A stretch of DNA of 64,000 nucleotides from Callorhinchus milii (taxonomy: Eukaryota), in the NCBI RefSeq assembly GCF_018977255.1, contig NW_024704749.1, positions 17,918,001 to 17,982,000 on the forward strand, given 5' to 3'. The notes under the pieces are model-generated. The model was not told the origin of the DNA, did not search any database, and saw only the letters and a program-made list of their open reading frames with translations. Positions 50,001-62,855 of this stretch are shown here, piece after piece (the stretch's first letter is position 1; every line of letters begins with the position of its first letter). The translations under genes were made by a program, and so were the position numbers.

Positions 50001-50992
50001 GGAATAACTGAGCATTTTGTGGATGAAATTTACCTGCCCCTTCGCCCAAACCCCTGCGGTTTCTCTTAGAGGCTGTGACCTGTTGTCGCGGCCACACATG
50101 TTCTCACTAACACTGAGCGGTGTCGCACTTCTTCAGGGAAATCCTCCTTGTGGGGAAAGCTGCAGGATTCCACCTCAGTGCTCCATCATTACAAAGACCG
50201 AAAATGTCTCAAGACAGTAAGAGCAACTTGTCCTCATTAACAACCTGGCTCATTCCTACACTGATTGAGGAAGAGCAGCCTTACAAGCCACCCGTGACAA
50301 GGAAACCATGAGCCATCCATTTGGACAACATGAACTTAGCAAGCGGCAGTTTATACTACGTCTTACAACAACAACAAGATTCCATTTATTGAGCGCCTTT
50401 CACGTCGGGAGGACGTCCCAAGGCGCTGTACAGTTGGGTCAGGACCCGAGCAGGGGGGAAATGGTCAGGGTGAGGGGAGGGAAGAGAGGGAGTAATTTTG
50501 TGAGGTGATGGAGCACCACATAAATACACAATCATTACATTTCACAGTATATTCTGTGAAGTGCTTTGAGACGTCTAAAGACACGATAAGGCGCTATATC
50601 AAATGTAAGCATTATTATTATTATTAAATGGAAGAATAGAGCAGTAAAGCTCTGTTGCTGGCTCACTGGGTGCAGAGCCAAACAAAACAGGGCATAACCT
50701 GGACCCCAACAAAACATTAGAGCTCAGGTCAAGGAGGTCAACTGGAATTGCACTATGCTGTGCACATGCAGGCTGAAATGCACATCATGCAATTACTTGG
50801 CACTCTCCCCCCCCCCACCATAAATTGCATTGAGTAATAGAAAGCTCCCCGAAACAGCGAATGGGGGGAAGAGGGGGAAAACGGACCCCAGATCGTGAGT
50901 GGGAAGCGCTCTGTGGTACGCAACAGGCTGTACAGATGCCATTGAATAGCAGAGAATAACGGCTGGATGCTGTAAACTAGCAAGTGCCTTAC

Positions 50993-51348
50993 CCGGTTTG
51001 GCTGTGGGCGTCTCGGGTGTTGACGATGAGCCAAAGAGCCGGGACATGAGGCTGCGTTTCTGAGGAGCAGCCGCGGGGCTGGGGATGGTCGGTGAAGGCA
51101 TGCCCGGGGATGTGGGCTGGGGATCGAGGGCCGGCACGGGGCTGGGGGACGCTGATGGAGGTGGAGGAGATGGCGACGGCGCAGGAAGAGCCTGTAGTGG
51201 AGTTTGAGGAGTTCCTGGGCTGGAGTTGGTTGTGGAGGCTGAGTTTGGGGGGACGACAGGAGACTGCGAGCCGGGTGATGGGCTTTGGCCATTGGTTGCT
51301 AATGGAGACGCACAACTCCGACTCTTGGTATCCATCACCTCAAGAAAC
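50993..51348 (-). CDS. RABL6: RABL6 exon 9, Pro/Ser-rich (FLEVMDTKSR...SPLATNGQSPSPGSQSP...MSRLFG)
   Basis: Acceptor tctgttgcag, donor gtaagg; NGQSPSPGSQSP motif. Confidence 0.93.
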
Positions 51349-51849
51349 CTGCAACAGAGAGAAGGGGAATTTAATGTATGTTACACTAACTGTGGTTGAT
51401 ATGGGGGAAATGTACACCTGTAGGGGGTCAGACTTTACAACAATTTATTGATTCAATGAATGCACCTTTGCACCTCTGTCTCAATCAAATATCAGCAAAC
51501 TATAACATCATCAAAACTGAATTGATGAAAACATGCAAGAGAAGCAGTGGGAAAGCACCAATGTAGTTAAAGTTTTAACAAACATATTATATTGTACAAA
51601 ACATTTAATTGACATTTATAGAGCGCCTCTCACGTTGGGAGGACATCTCAGAGCCCGACCTTTGGAGGTCAGTAAGGTGGCCGGAGCAGTGGGGACTGAG
51701 GCTGTGGAGGGCTTTGAAAGTGAGGATAAGGATATTGAATCCAAAGTCACCAATGTCAATGTGTCCTTACTGAAATGTGCTAATCCCGGTGTTTCACAGC
51801 GAGGCCAGACAACATCATCATCACTTCATGTTCCATCCCTTTACCTCTG

Positions 51850-52520
51850 AACCCCAAATCTTGTTCTTTCTCTTTACTGCTGCTTCACACTATTTAGACA
51901 ATGATTTCAGCATCCAACACTCATTCTTTCAACGCAGTACTTTACTTTATATTCCCACTAATTTATCCCCAATCTTATTAATCTGAATTTATGCCGGTTA
52001 AACAGTACTGCCACTTGTCAAACCAACTCCCGAATCAACCACATCCCTCTGTATTTGACCAGCCTTTTGCAGTTTATTTGAAACACCCCACATCAGAGCA
52101 ATACCGGCACACCGACATCTTGACTTCTGTCCACTTGCAAATAATTTATATACAGTGTAAATAGCATCTACCTGCCCTATCCTGAACTATAAGGCATCTC
52201 ACCAATTACCTCCTTCTCTGCCAATGCAGCTCCGTGTACAACTACAGGTTGCTTCTTAGGATTCACCCAATTTCCGGTGCACTTTGGAAATTCCCTCCCT
52301 ATTCCGAGCCTTTGTTGGATCAATCTCGTGCATCAAGAGCTTTGCTAAAATCTAAAAAAAAGTTTCTGGTGGAAAAAGCAACACAGCTTCTCCCTTCAGC
52401 ACACTCACATCTCTGTGCGCTGGAGTCTCAATGTCTCTGTACTACACACAGCACTGGAAGGAAACACGTCTGGCTGAGCTGAAAGATACCTATGGTTTGG
52501 AAAGGTGATCTTCGCCAGAG
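51850..52520 (-). mobile_element. Old CR1 ORF2 remnant
   Basis: Minus-strand LDFSKA (about 52338-52355) resembles the RT motif LDFSKAFD; extent uncertain. Confidence 0.4.
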
Positions 52521-53548
52521 GGCCTTTTTCAAGCATCACAATGGCTTGAAATAAATAAGTTATAGCTCACACACACTCAAGTTCAATGGTAAGGTGATCA
52601 GCAGCCTGGAATCATCAGTGCCACCCAAAACTCCTTTTAATAATCAATGTACTCAGTACATAAAACATGATCTTCAATACGGTTACCAATATTCTCACAT
52701 TCCTGTGCAACTCATCTTGATCCTATTTGATATTTGAGGACGCAGATTTTGAGAACTATGTTTAACGGATAAACAAATGGCCAACAGATTATACGTCTTG
52801 AAATGCAGAGTAAAATAACATCCACATGCTCTGATGGCTCCACTGAGAGTAAAAATGCAACAGCACTCACAGCCCACGTGTAACAACATCTATGTCCCAG
52901 ATCCGCCATCGTGTTTGAAAGGAAATGAGATACAAGTAAAGCACAAAGTTGTAAAGGGATATGGGGAATGAGCAGAGGAAATGGAACACTATAACTGCAA
53001 TCACTTGGTACAATAGTACATTGTGGAAATACTCCCTTTAACATACACTCCTTGTATACTCCTTTGCCTCCTTCAAGACCCGTCTCAAGACCCTCCACTT
53101 CGACCGTGCCCTTGGGTCACCTTCCTACCCTTACCCGCCCCGCCCTCCACCCCTCCTAATCCCAACCACCAGCTCGGGTGCAGATCCCTGACTGTCCAGC
53201 ATGTCTTCCTGACGTGAAAGGCACTCTACAAATGTAATTTGTTATTGTAGTTGTCCAATTCCCTCACCCATCCTACAGATCCCTTGATACTAAACACAAA
53301 GGGAGTTTCCTTAGGTGGCTGGCCAACAATTCCCTCCACCCCAGATAAATTGGTCATTGATTCATGGCTGTTTGTGGGACATTGCTGTATCCAAATTGGC
53401 TCCTGCGTTCATCTACAAATACACAGTCACTACATGATGGAGGGAATATTATTATTATTATACAACATGCAAACATAGCACAATTTTAACTTTAAACAGC
53501 ATATTGCACTGACGTTCACTGGTAACATTAAACACATTAAGCACTTAC

Positions 53549-53652
53549 AGCTCATAGTTCTGGTCCTCAGTTTCGTGCTGCATAGAAAGCTCCTCCAACG
53601 TAGCGTCCACATCCAGTTGGTTGGTTTCCAGTTGCCGCAATAATGTTTCCCG
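53549..53652 (-). CDS. RABL6: RABL6 exon 8 (RETLLRQLETNQLDVDATLEELSMQHETEDQNYE)
   Basis: AG/GT boundaries; highly conserved peptide. Confidence 0.95.
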
Positions 53653-54273
53653 CTGTAGGAAAGAACCAACCGAGTGAACTCTTCAGTAAACAAGGCACCA
53701 ACAGAACTGTAAGCATGCTCTGGCCATAGAGAGCAAAGCTCAGCATCCCTGAATCAACTCTAAGAAGCAGATTGTAGACGTAGACTGCTGGAATGGGTAA
53801 ATCATTACCTAGTAACAAGCAGTTCAATATACTGTGTCATAATTAACCTTGCATTTGATATCACATTGTTGTTGTCAGCAAGCCCTTAACAGGATTTACT
53901 GTAAAGTAGAGTGACTGTTTTGTGGGTGGACAAAAGATCTTTTTACATCCGAACAAGCAAGCGGGACCTCAGTTTAACATCTCATCCGAAGCATCTTATC
54001 TGGACTCCTTGTGTTCAAACTGATGAAATGGTGACCAGTGACAGAATATTTTCACTAGTTGCTGAATCAGCAGCTAGGGAGCATAAGGTCAGAATTATTA
54101 CTGAAAACTTATAAAGGAAGACTGAAGACTTTGTTCGATAAAATTCTATTTGCTAACAACACGGTCATTTTGTGTGAGGAGGCAAGTGACCTCCTTTTGT
54201 GCTGCAATTTGTACAATTCTATCCAATAGAGCAATCGCATTCGGTGTTTCTAACTCACGACCAGAGCACTCAC

Positions 54274-54379
54274 CTGCAACTGAAGAAAAGGAATATTGAA
54301 AAACTTGTGCAAATACTTCAAACCAAAGCCATTTCTCATTGAAGACTCTGCATATCGGATGTAGGATAATCTGGGCGTA
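54274..54379 (-). CDS. RABL6: RABL6 exon 7 (SYIRYAESSMRNGFGLKYLHKFFNIPFLQLQ)
   Basis: AG/GT boundaries; conserved peptide. Confidence 0.95.
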
Positions 54380-54796
54380 CTGAAAAGAAAAAAAATATTA
54401 TGTCCAAGAAACGGTCAAAACAGAGGAATTGAGGAAGGGTGTCAGGGGTATAGCAGCAGATGGCATGACTGCTGATAGTGGTGCGGAGAGATCAAGGGAC
54501 ACAGGATTCAGTAGCGTTCTACATGTCAGGTTATTTACAAATTCAGAAATGCTTAACCAAAATTGCTCAGATGATGATTTAACTAAATGTGACAAATAAA
54601 TGTGATAAATGTGATAACCCTCCACCCGAGGTAGAGAACAAAACCGGTTTAAAAAAATGGGAAAAGAAACCTTGCCTGAGAGAAGTAAACGCTTTCAATC
54701 TTTTGAGCATTTGAATTTCTTACTAAACTTTTTGTCAAACAGAAAAGCATGGGATATCATGCAATTGATATTTTACAAACCATTAAACATATTTAC

Positions 54797-54937
54797 CTAT
54801 TTAAACTTTCTATAAACTCCCGGACATCATCGGGCAGGATGACGCGATGCTCTCCCATGTCACGGTGATTCCCAAGCACACAGACGGGAATGTGGTTAGG
54901 CACTTTGGGAAGTTCTTTCATAATATAGCTGAAGGTC
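54797..54937 (-). CDS. RABL6: RABL6 exon 6 (TFSYIMKELPKVPNHIPVCVLGNHRDMGEHRVILPDDV)
   Basis: AG/GT boundaries; atypical G4 motif NHRD. Confidence 0.95.
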
Positions 54938-55709
54938 CTACAGAAAACCAAGGGAAAGTCACTGAGAAGCTGTTTGTTTGAATCTTCATCTAAAAATCAA
55001 TGTCATTCTTCACAAATGCAAACCATAAAGAGGAGTATTACACATCGGAAATTCAGATTGGAAACAGCCAGATGATATAAGAAAAAACAAATGTCTCCAA
55101 TTTCCCATTGGTTGTAAATCTTATTCAGGATGCCCACTGAAATGATGTAATAAAAAAAAGTCTCAAGTGATGGTGTTAGGGCATCGACTCTCTCTTATAC
55201 ATTTACTAGGAATCCTGGAGACTCAGTGCCCCAAACTCAACAGGATGCACACAACGTTGTGCAGGGGACCGCTGCATTCGAACCAGCTAAAACTGTACAG
55301 TTAACAATGTAATATATTGGTAAGCTTCCTGCATTTAGTCCAGCTTGACCATCCTAGGCGTTGGCATCAGGGTTATCCCAGCACGACTGGAACAAGTACT
55401 GTTCCAAATGAACATCGAGTCAAAGTTCATTAGCGATTTGGGAGGCTGGCCAATCACCATTGTCACTCCATTCTGTGTGATAAGAAATCATGACTGCCTG
55501 CCAAGTTTTGAAGTCCAATATTGAGTACATAATGGACATAAACCGATTAATCTCAATTTAGGTTAGGGCGTTTGGCAGAGACAAGCCTGATACCATGACG
55601 CTGCCTCAAGCTCCAGCGTTCTCAACTGTTACACATCATCAGACTTTGTCATGGGACAAACACAGGAGCTACCAGACATGGAGTAAACAGAGAGAAGGCA
55701 TTGTCTTAC

Positions 55710-55801
55710 CACTGCTTGGTAATATCAAACATCATTATAACGCCATTGCAGTTCTTGTAGACATCGAGAAACTCGGCATCTAGCGCCAGCTCAGCATCAG
55801 A
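55710..55801 (-). CDS. RABL6: RABL6 exon 5 (SDAELALDAEFLDVYKNCNGVIMMFDITKQW)
   Basis: AG/GT boundaries; conserved peptide. Confidence 0.95.
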
Positions 55802-56024
55802 CTGAAACAGAGAGGCAAACGGTTTTGGAGTTTCAATGGAACAAAATCATGCTTCCATGTCATACGTGTGTCAACATTGCTAGCCATAATACTAAACATA
55901 GAAGAATACGATTCAACAGGTCTTGCCTACAAAAAAAATGAGACCTAACTTGATAATTACTATGAAATAAGTACTTGTGAGACTTGCTATTAAAGGGCAA
56001 ATGTTACTTAAAATCCTACCGCAC

Positions 56025-56077
56025 CTCTTGGGGGTCATTCTCCAGTTTTAACCCATCTCCTTTCTTTCGGCTTTTAC
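56025..56077 (-). CDS. RABL6: RABL6 exon 4 (KSRKKGDGLKLENDPQE)
   Basis: AG/GT boundaries, 53 bp, phases fit both neighbours. Confidence 0.93.
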
Positions 56078-56493
56078 CTAGACAAAAAGCATCATTGGAT
56101 TAATGACATGCTAGCAAACGGTTATTCCTGAAAGGTAAGCATTAAGCTCGAGGAGGGGGTGCAAAATAACAGCACTTTTAGCACATGCACCCAGAGGTGC
56201 AGTCTTCCCCCCCACCTCCCCCCAAAGCACGAACAGTGGGGTCCCTTTTCGTACCAGTCAATGGAGCTCTCTTCACTCTTCCCCATCATTAGCCCGCGGT
56301 GTGACATTCTGCTTTATCCCACCACCTGTCTTTACGACCAGCAAAATTACACACAGCTCAAGTCATTGGATTTGAGAACCCATTTGAATGCGTAAGAATG
56401 TCGCCCACACAGCCCCGTCAGCCATTAAGCTTCAGCGCTAAACAGAATTTGGGAACAACTGATTTCTGATCAAAGTAACAAGACAGCACTTAC

Positions 56494-56541
56494 CTTTATC
56501 CACTACATCCCACACTTCAACCTTCACAATGTCATCGGTTG
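56494..56541 (-). CDS. RABL6: RABL6 exon 3 (TTDDIVKVEVWDVVDK)
   Basis: AG/GT boundaries, 48 bp; G3-region WDVVDKG. Confidence 0.95.
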
Positions 56542-58823
56542 CTGTAATAAAAGTAACAAAAGGGACAATCTGAGGAATATCTGAGAGCTCACAAAAGCAA
56601 CAACAGTAAAATTACATTTGTACAGTGCCTTTCACGTTGGGAGGATGTCCCAAAGCGCTGAACAGTCAGATGTGCCTGAAAATGGAAGTAGACTTGGGTG
56701 GGGCATGGGGAGAGGGGGCAGTGGGAGAAAGGACGGAGAGTGAAATTAAATGTACTTGTCTACAGCAAGAAAAATGTACCTTAAACAGTTAGGTCGCCAT
56801 CGTATAGAGAAAACTGGGGGAGAACACAACAGATAAATAGCTAGAGGGTATATTAAAGTATAAAGCTCAATGTTCACTGATTGGATATCCAGACTGGCTG
56901 GATTGATACACACAGGATTTACTGAAATAAACATTCACTGACATTAAGTTGAATTAAAATCATGTGGGGAAATGGCACTCCACATCACGTGATTGGAATA
57001 TCCACAGCCCAGAAACACGTCCACCAGAAGAGAACAATGTCTCTTCCAAACACACCTGCTCCAACTGTACACTATACAAAAGACTGTTTGAAAGGACTCG
57101 TGCTGCTTTGACGGGTTTGGATCCTGAGGCAAGCCTGCTTCTACAGGTAATTGAAAAACGTCCATCTCATGGCTCTAAATTTGGCGAAAACAGGTCGGAG
57201 CCTGACTTCCTGTTGCTCTCGCATCAGACGAATTGTGTCCTTGTGGTCACACAACATACCGAGAAATGTGGTTTCCAAAGTTCCTGTTCAAATAACAATA
57301 GTGAAGCTGAAAAATCCCCACAATACAACAACGACGACGTGCGTTCATACAGCGCCCTTCACATGACAATATCTGGAATGCTCGACAGTGACGGAGCCTG
57401 CCCGGGGGAGGTGAGCGTAAGCGCGGTCGAAGAGGAATGTCCAACACATTTCTAATGACGTTCTGCAGAATGTCATTTGCTGCAAATTTGGGAACTGGGA
57501 TCAAATTGTAAGAGGTTTGGATTGTGGTGTGGTTTCCAGTTTGCTGTCGGGTTTCGAGTCTCTGGAAGCACAACGTGTAAGGGGTGAGAGGACGGTGGCA
57601 ACTGCTAAAGCTTTGTAGGACAAGGTCTGAAACTGCTGGTTTATTACATTTACTTGATCCCAGGACTTGATCTTGGGGTCTTGAGTTTCTCTCCACTGCA
57701 GAACTGGGAGAGTGCTGCATTTTCAGAGGTGCCATCCTTTGGATGTGATGTTAAACCGAACTGCCACCTGGCTGTTGAGATGGATGTTAAAGCTCTCACA
57801 ACACCAGTTGTAAAAAAGGGTCTCTCCCAGAGTCCTGACTACTTGCAGCTATGTGCAAACTGCATTAACCTGAAGAGTACACACCCAATACACCCGATGG
57901 CAATTCCTCAAGAAGCGCTTTGCGACGTCTTGTCATTATAGGCGCCGTATCAAATGCAAGGATTATTATTACCTTGCAATTCACTTCAACCCGAGCTTTC
58001 AAACGTATGACACAAGGACAGTTTCAAGTGTCAATCCAGGAGATTGTGTTACAGCCTCAAACAGACTCGCTATTTTTTTTTTAAAAAAAGAATTGCCAGC
58101 ATTATGTTCTCATTCAAATCATGCGACTGGCTTTTCACTAGCCATTACGGTCACATTCCTTTCGTCACATGGCTGATGGGGTGGCTGCACAAGACTGATA
58201 CAAGGAAAGCGTGAAAGACAATTACATCCTGAAGCTTCAACAGACAAAACATTTGTAAGCCTGCCGTCATGAAATTACAGAGATTCAACATATATTTCTA
58301 TCCAAGAGCGGCAAAATGTTTCCAGCCTTTTGTGTGGTCTCATGAGGGGTCATAAATGTAGATTTTTCCAAGCAATGTGCCCCCAAGCCTTTGGAACTCC
58401 ATTATACAGTTCTTTCATCTTGGGACGCCCTCCCGACATGAAAGACACGATACAAACGCAGTTTGTTGTTGTTGTTATTAAACACTTTGAGATGTCCTCA
58501 CTTGAAAGGCACTGTAAATACACGTAGATTGTATTTTTATTGCATTTTGAGGGGCCTGAAACAAATTTTATCTCGAGAACGAGTCCGTTTTGAGTCTTTG
58601 AGATTATAGGCTACCCTGACGGTTTCAGTGCAGCGCTTGGGGAGCACCATACTGCGTTGCCATCCACCTGCATTATTAAGCCGAGGTTCCATCTGCCTTT
58701 ACGGTGGTTGTTAAAGAAAGTATTCTCCAAAAAGAGAAGACAATTTTTAAAAGGGAAATAAAGCAAAGAGAGAAAAGAGCGGGTGTGTTTCCGAGGACAG
58801 ATCACAAGCTCAAAGGTACTTAC

Positions 58824-58958
58824 TTTTGTAGTTCCAGTGAATGCTGGTGACCTGGATCTCCTGAGTTGGGATGTACTGCTCCACAAACTTCTTCCCTTGC
58901 AGTCGGTGCCATAGAGTTGTCTTTCCCGTGTTCCTGTCACCGCGAATTAGTATTTTCA
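58824..58958 (-). CDS. RABL6: RABL6 exon 2 ([45 protein letters not shown])
   Basis: AG/GT boundaries; P-loop GDRNTGKT. Confidence 0.96.
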
Positions 58959-59939
58959 CTAGGAATGAAAGTACCACAGAGGCTCATTGTCAGAATGCTT
59001 TCCTAGCGCATCGCCCTCAATTACCACTGCTACTGCCTCTCCAACCAGCCACACTTTCCGTCCTGCAGTGAAATCCGATGCGACAATGGCGTTTAATCTT
59101 CCAGGTTTACCGATAGATCACTAAGTGTTGATTCTATACTACCATCTTTCCCAGCTCCGCTTTTATATCGCGGCCTCACCTGAAGAGTCGAAATCTGGTG
59201 CCAAAATAGAGCAATGACACGTTCCGACCTTTCACATTGAATATTATTATTTACGCCCGGAAACTGGCCATTTGGCCCAACTCGCTTGTGTCAACGTTTG
59301 TACTCCACTCCTCCTAAGCCCTCTCCCATACCGCTCTATTCCCTGTGCTAGTCTTACATTATAAATGCAAACTTGATAGGCGATTTTTCCCCCTCCACTC
59401 CTTCCTATCTCTGTCAATCCACATACATTCCCTCTGGACTGCTGGAAGGTTTGCTGCAAATGGCATTCCAGGCAAGTGTGGGTTTCACATTGCGAAGATT
59501 CCTAACTTCTGTAGCTGCATAAAACACCGTTAGAGCTGTACCCATCGAGATGCCCACCAAGACTAATTTTTTTTTTGAAAAAAATAAATGTCCCTGGCTT
59601 GCAAAGTACCGCCTGTATAAATTTTTCATTCAGCAGCAAATCGGCAAACTTCGACTAAAAGCGTGACAGTGTCGAAACGAAATAAATCAAGTGGAACTTT
59701 GCTGCAAATTTGGGTCAGTCTAGTCCGCTGTGTTGAGACTGGAACCTCCACGGTGCAGCATTAATCAGGGTTGAGCAGCACAATTTGGAACTGAATCGCG
59801 CTGAAGCCCCACTGTTGTGAGCAGGGTTGTGGATTGCTCTTCTGCAGTCCCAACCAACCACAGCAGGTCCAAAGAAGTTCTGGTCTCTGCTCCAATGTTC
59901 AGCCCGAGAACTTTCGAGGTATCAACTTTTTAATGTTAT

Positions 59940-60245
59940 TAAAGAGCTGTTTCCACTGGCGGGTGGATTTAAGATAATTGGCCAATAAAGAGATGAGAAT
60001 TTTATTTTTTTAAATTTTTTTTAAAACGCAGAGTTGCTACGATTTGGAATACACTGTCTGAAAAGGCAGTGGAAACAGATTCAATAATAACTTTCAAAAG
60101 GGAATTGTATAGTTACTTGAAAAGAAAAAAAATTGCAAAGCCATGGGGAAACAGCAGAAGAGTGGGACTGATTGGATAGCTCTTTCAAAGAGCAGGCATG
60201 GACATGATGGGTCGAATGGCCTCCTTCTGTGCTGTAGAATGCTAT
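59940..60245 (+). mobile_element. CR1 LINE 3' fragment
   Basis: Same CR1 tail as at 13095 and 19890. Confidence 0.75.
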
Positions 60246-60639
60246 ACAAGTGTAATCTTGTGGTTGTCATTGTAGAATTCTATGAGCTGGACACACGGTG
60301 AAAGAGGCGATAGGCAAGTTTAGAGTTCTGCACAAACGCTTAATTGCACAATTAATTCCAAAACTGGGTGTTAACTGAATAAAGCGAGGAGGAGGAGCGG
60401 GAGGTTGGTATCAATCAGGTTCTCTGCGCCGGGCCCGTTTTGCTGGAGCCGCCAGTACATTCCAAGGCACTGAAGATCTGCTGCCAAGTAGATATCGCAC
60501 ATTCAGCGATTCAGTCACAAACTAAACAAAGCCACCAAAACAAACAGAGCAGCAGCTCTCGGGAAATTGAGGAGGAAAGGGGACAAACGGAAGGAGCAGT
60601 TACATGGCCTTCCTAAGTTTGGCAACTTTATACGAGTTG

Positions 60640-60900
60640 TACCAGAATTCTGTGCATCGAGGAGGAAGGAGAGTGGTGTCCCAGCATAGCTCCTTATAGG
60701 CAGTTGGGACAAATACGTTCAATAAAGGTAACAGCCATGCCTCGCAAATACAGACCCATTAACCTAACCTTGAAAATTGGGAATATAATTGATCGATTCA
60801 TTACAAGCAAGAACAACCTCGTAAAAGAATCGACATGGCCTTTCAAGAGCTTGATCTTCTTTGCTAAGTCCCATAAAGGTATCCCTTTGAGAAAGTGATT
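60640..60900 (+). mobile_element. Degenerate CR1 ORF2 (RT) fragment
   Basis: Translation KYRPINLTLKIGNIID resembles the LINE RT motif NYRPISLTSVVGKILE. Confidence 0.5.
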
Positions 60901-60929
60901 GCCACCTGGCAAAGCCAATTTATAATTAA

Positions 60930-61250
60930 AAAAAACTTGCATTTGATATCACGCCTTATCACGTCCTCGAGACGTCTCAAAGCGCTTCACAAAAATATAC
61001 TGCAAAGTGAGTGGGCCGTGCATGTTGCGAGGGAAACGCGGCAGCCAAGTGCGCACAGCAGCGTCCCGCAAACAGTCGTGGATTGAGCGATTGTTTTTTT
61101 TAAAAAAAATATTATTATTAGATTGTTACCCCCGGAAATGTGATCCGTCAATCAACTGCCAACCAGGTTCCTACTTACTGCCGGGCAAACAGAGGAGCGT
61201 GGAGCAAGGAGACTGAACCCGGGTCCTCTCGCTTGCGAGGCGAGTGCTCT
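60930..61250 (-). mobile_element. SINE family A
   Basis: Partial head, core and tail. Confidence 0.8.
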
Positions 61251-61660
61251 CGCCATTTATTTGTTGGCAACTACTGCACTGGCCATTCGTGGCAACCGGG
61301 GGTGGGGGTGGGGGTGGGGCCGGGGCACCCCGTTTAACATTAAAAAAACTTGTACCAGATTGCACACCAACCATCGGTGGTGCCGCCCAGCACAGGCGCA
61401 CCAACGGCCGTAAGACTACGGTGGGTTAAACAGCGGCCGCGATACCAGGCAAAGACGCCCTTCTATTTTCGAGAAGCGTTACGGACCTTTTTGACCGTCG
61501 CTTGAAAACGGGCGGAAGCCACTCGAGCCGAAACATGGGCGGGCGGGCGGAGGGGGGGGCACCCTTCCACTTGCCGGGTGAGAACATCCCTGGACTAAGG
61601 GTGCACCCACCCCAACCCACCCCACCACCCCACCCCTGCCACGCTCTCCCCAAACCTGAA

Positions 61661-61852
61661 GGGCAACCCCGGTTGCCAGGCTCCACCGGTTGGGGCTTCC
61701 CGGGGGCCACCGGTTGGGGCTTCCCGGGTGCCACGGGTGGGCACCCCGGTTGCCGGGGGCCACCGGTTGGGGCTTCCCGGGTGCCACGGGTGGGGGGGCA
61801 CCACCGGTTGCCGGGGACCACCGGTTGGGGCTTCCCGGGTGCCACGGTTGGG
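61661..61852 (+). repeat. GC-rich minisatellite in RABL6 intron 1 (24-bp unit CCACCGGTTGGGGCTTCCCGGGTG with interleaved shorter unit)
   Basis: 24-mers at 61683, 61707, 61760 and 61818. Confidence 0.9.
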
Positions 61853-61967
61853 GAGAGGGGGGGGGTCCGCGTTGCCAGGTGCCAGAGGGTGGGTGGGTGG
61901 GTGGGTGTCCCATCACGGAGCTGCCTGTCCCCCCCGCCGCCCCCCCCGGCGCCGGTGCCGCACTCAC

Positions 61968-62097
61968 TGTTGTACTGCACCCCCTTGGCGAACCTCCTCT
62001 GGAGGCTCTGGTTCATGGACTGCAGTCCGGCCGGGATGAGCTTGTCCCTGCCCGGGAGCTGCTCGGTGCCCACCAGCTTCTTCAGCGCCGAGAACAT
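61968..62097 (-). CDS. RABL6: RABL6 exon 1 (MFSALKKLVG...IPAGLQSMNQSLQRRFAKGVQYN)
   Basis: Characteristic RABL6 N-terminus; donor gtgagt at 61967. The 15 exons sum to 2337 nt = 778 aa + stop. Confidence 0.96.
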
Positions 62098-62526
62098 GTT
62101 GCCGGTGGGCGGACGCGGGCCTCCCCCGACTTCGGGGCCCCGCGCGGCGGCGGCGGCTGAGAGGCCCCGAGCGGCTGGCAATGGGGCAGGCGGGGGAAAC
62201 CGCGGCCTCTTAGCCCATGGGGGTCAACCCGCCCGACCCGAGCAACCGCAGACCCTCCCCGGGGCGAGACCCCGGACGACAAGCGGGAAAGCGGCCGAAA
62301 CCCCCCACCGTGTGACTGAGAGGCGCCGCCGCCGCTCCGCTCATCTCCTCGCCGCGCATGCGCCGAGCTCGCCCCTCCTCCCCCGGGCCGGCGCCGCCCC
62401 GTGACGTGTCTCCCCCCTCCTCCTCCCCCCCCCCGCACCGAGCGCGCTGACGTCACACGCCGCCGACGTCATTTGGGAGCCAAAGTGTGACCCTGTCTTA
62501 TTAAGTCGTCATCATCATCATCATCA

Positions 62527-62855
62527 TAATAATAATAATAATAATAATCTTTGCATTTGATATAGCGCTTTTCACGTCGTGAGGACGTCCCGAAGCGCTT
62601 CACAGAACACACTGTAAAGTGAATTGACTGTATCTTTGTGGGCGAACGCGGCAGCCAATTGCGCACAGCAATGTCCCACAAACAGTCATGGATTGAAAAT
62701 GACTAATTTATTATTGTTTTGTTTTTTTGGAGGGATTATTATTAGGCTCTGTGTGGAGTAAGGAAACTTGCCCGAGGTTTCGCCCTCTGCCGGGGATTGA
62801 ACTCAGGTCTCTCGCTTGCAAAGGGAGTGCTCTAACCACTGAGCTACAGGACTCC
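62527..62855 (-). mobile_element. SINE family A, young internally deleted subfamily, with TSD
   Basis: Near-identical to 9336-9660; flanked by an 18-bp direct repeat. Confidence 0.9.

Larger units (their letters stand above)
61250..62500 (-). promoter_or_regulatory. RABL6: CpG island / RABL6 promoter with NRF1 and CRE sites
   Basis: CpG-rich; GCGCATGCGC at 62354-62363; palindromic TGACGTCA at 62448-62455; CRE-like GTGACGTG at 62401 and CGACGTCA at 62464. Confidence 0.75.

Noticed and set aside
61426-62456. Overlapping 100-300 aa ORFs in the RABL6 CpG island
   Set aside because: Apart from exon 1 (61968-62097), these reflect GC-rich stop depletion and the minisatellite.
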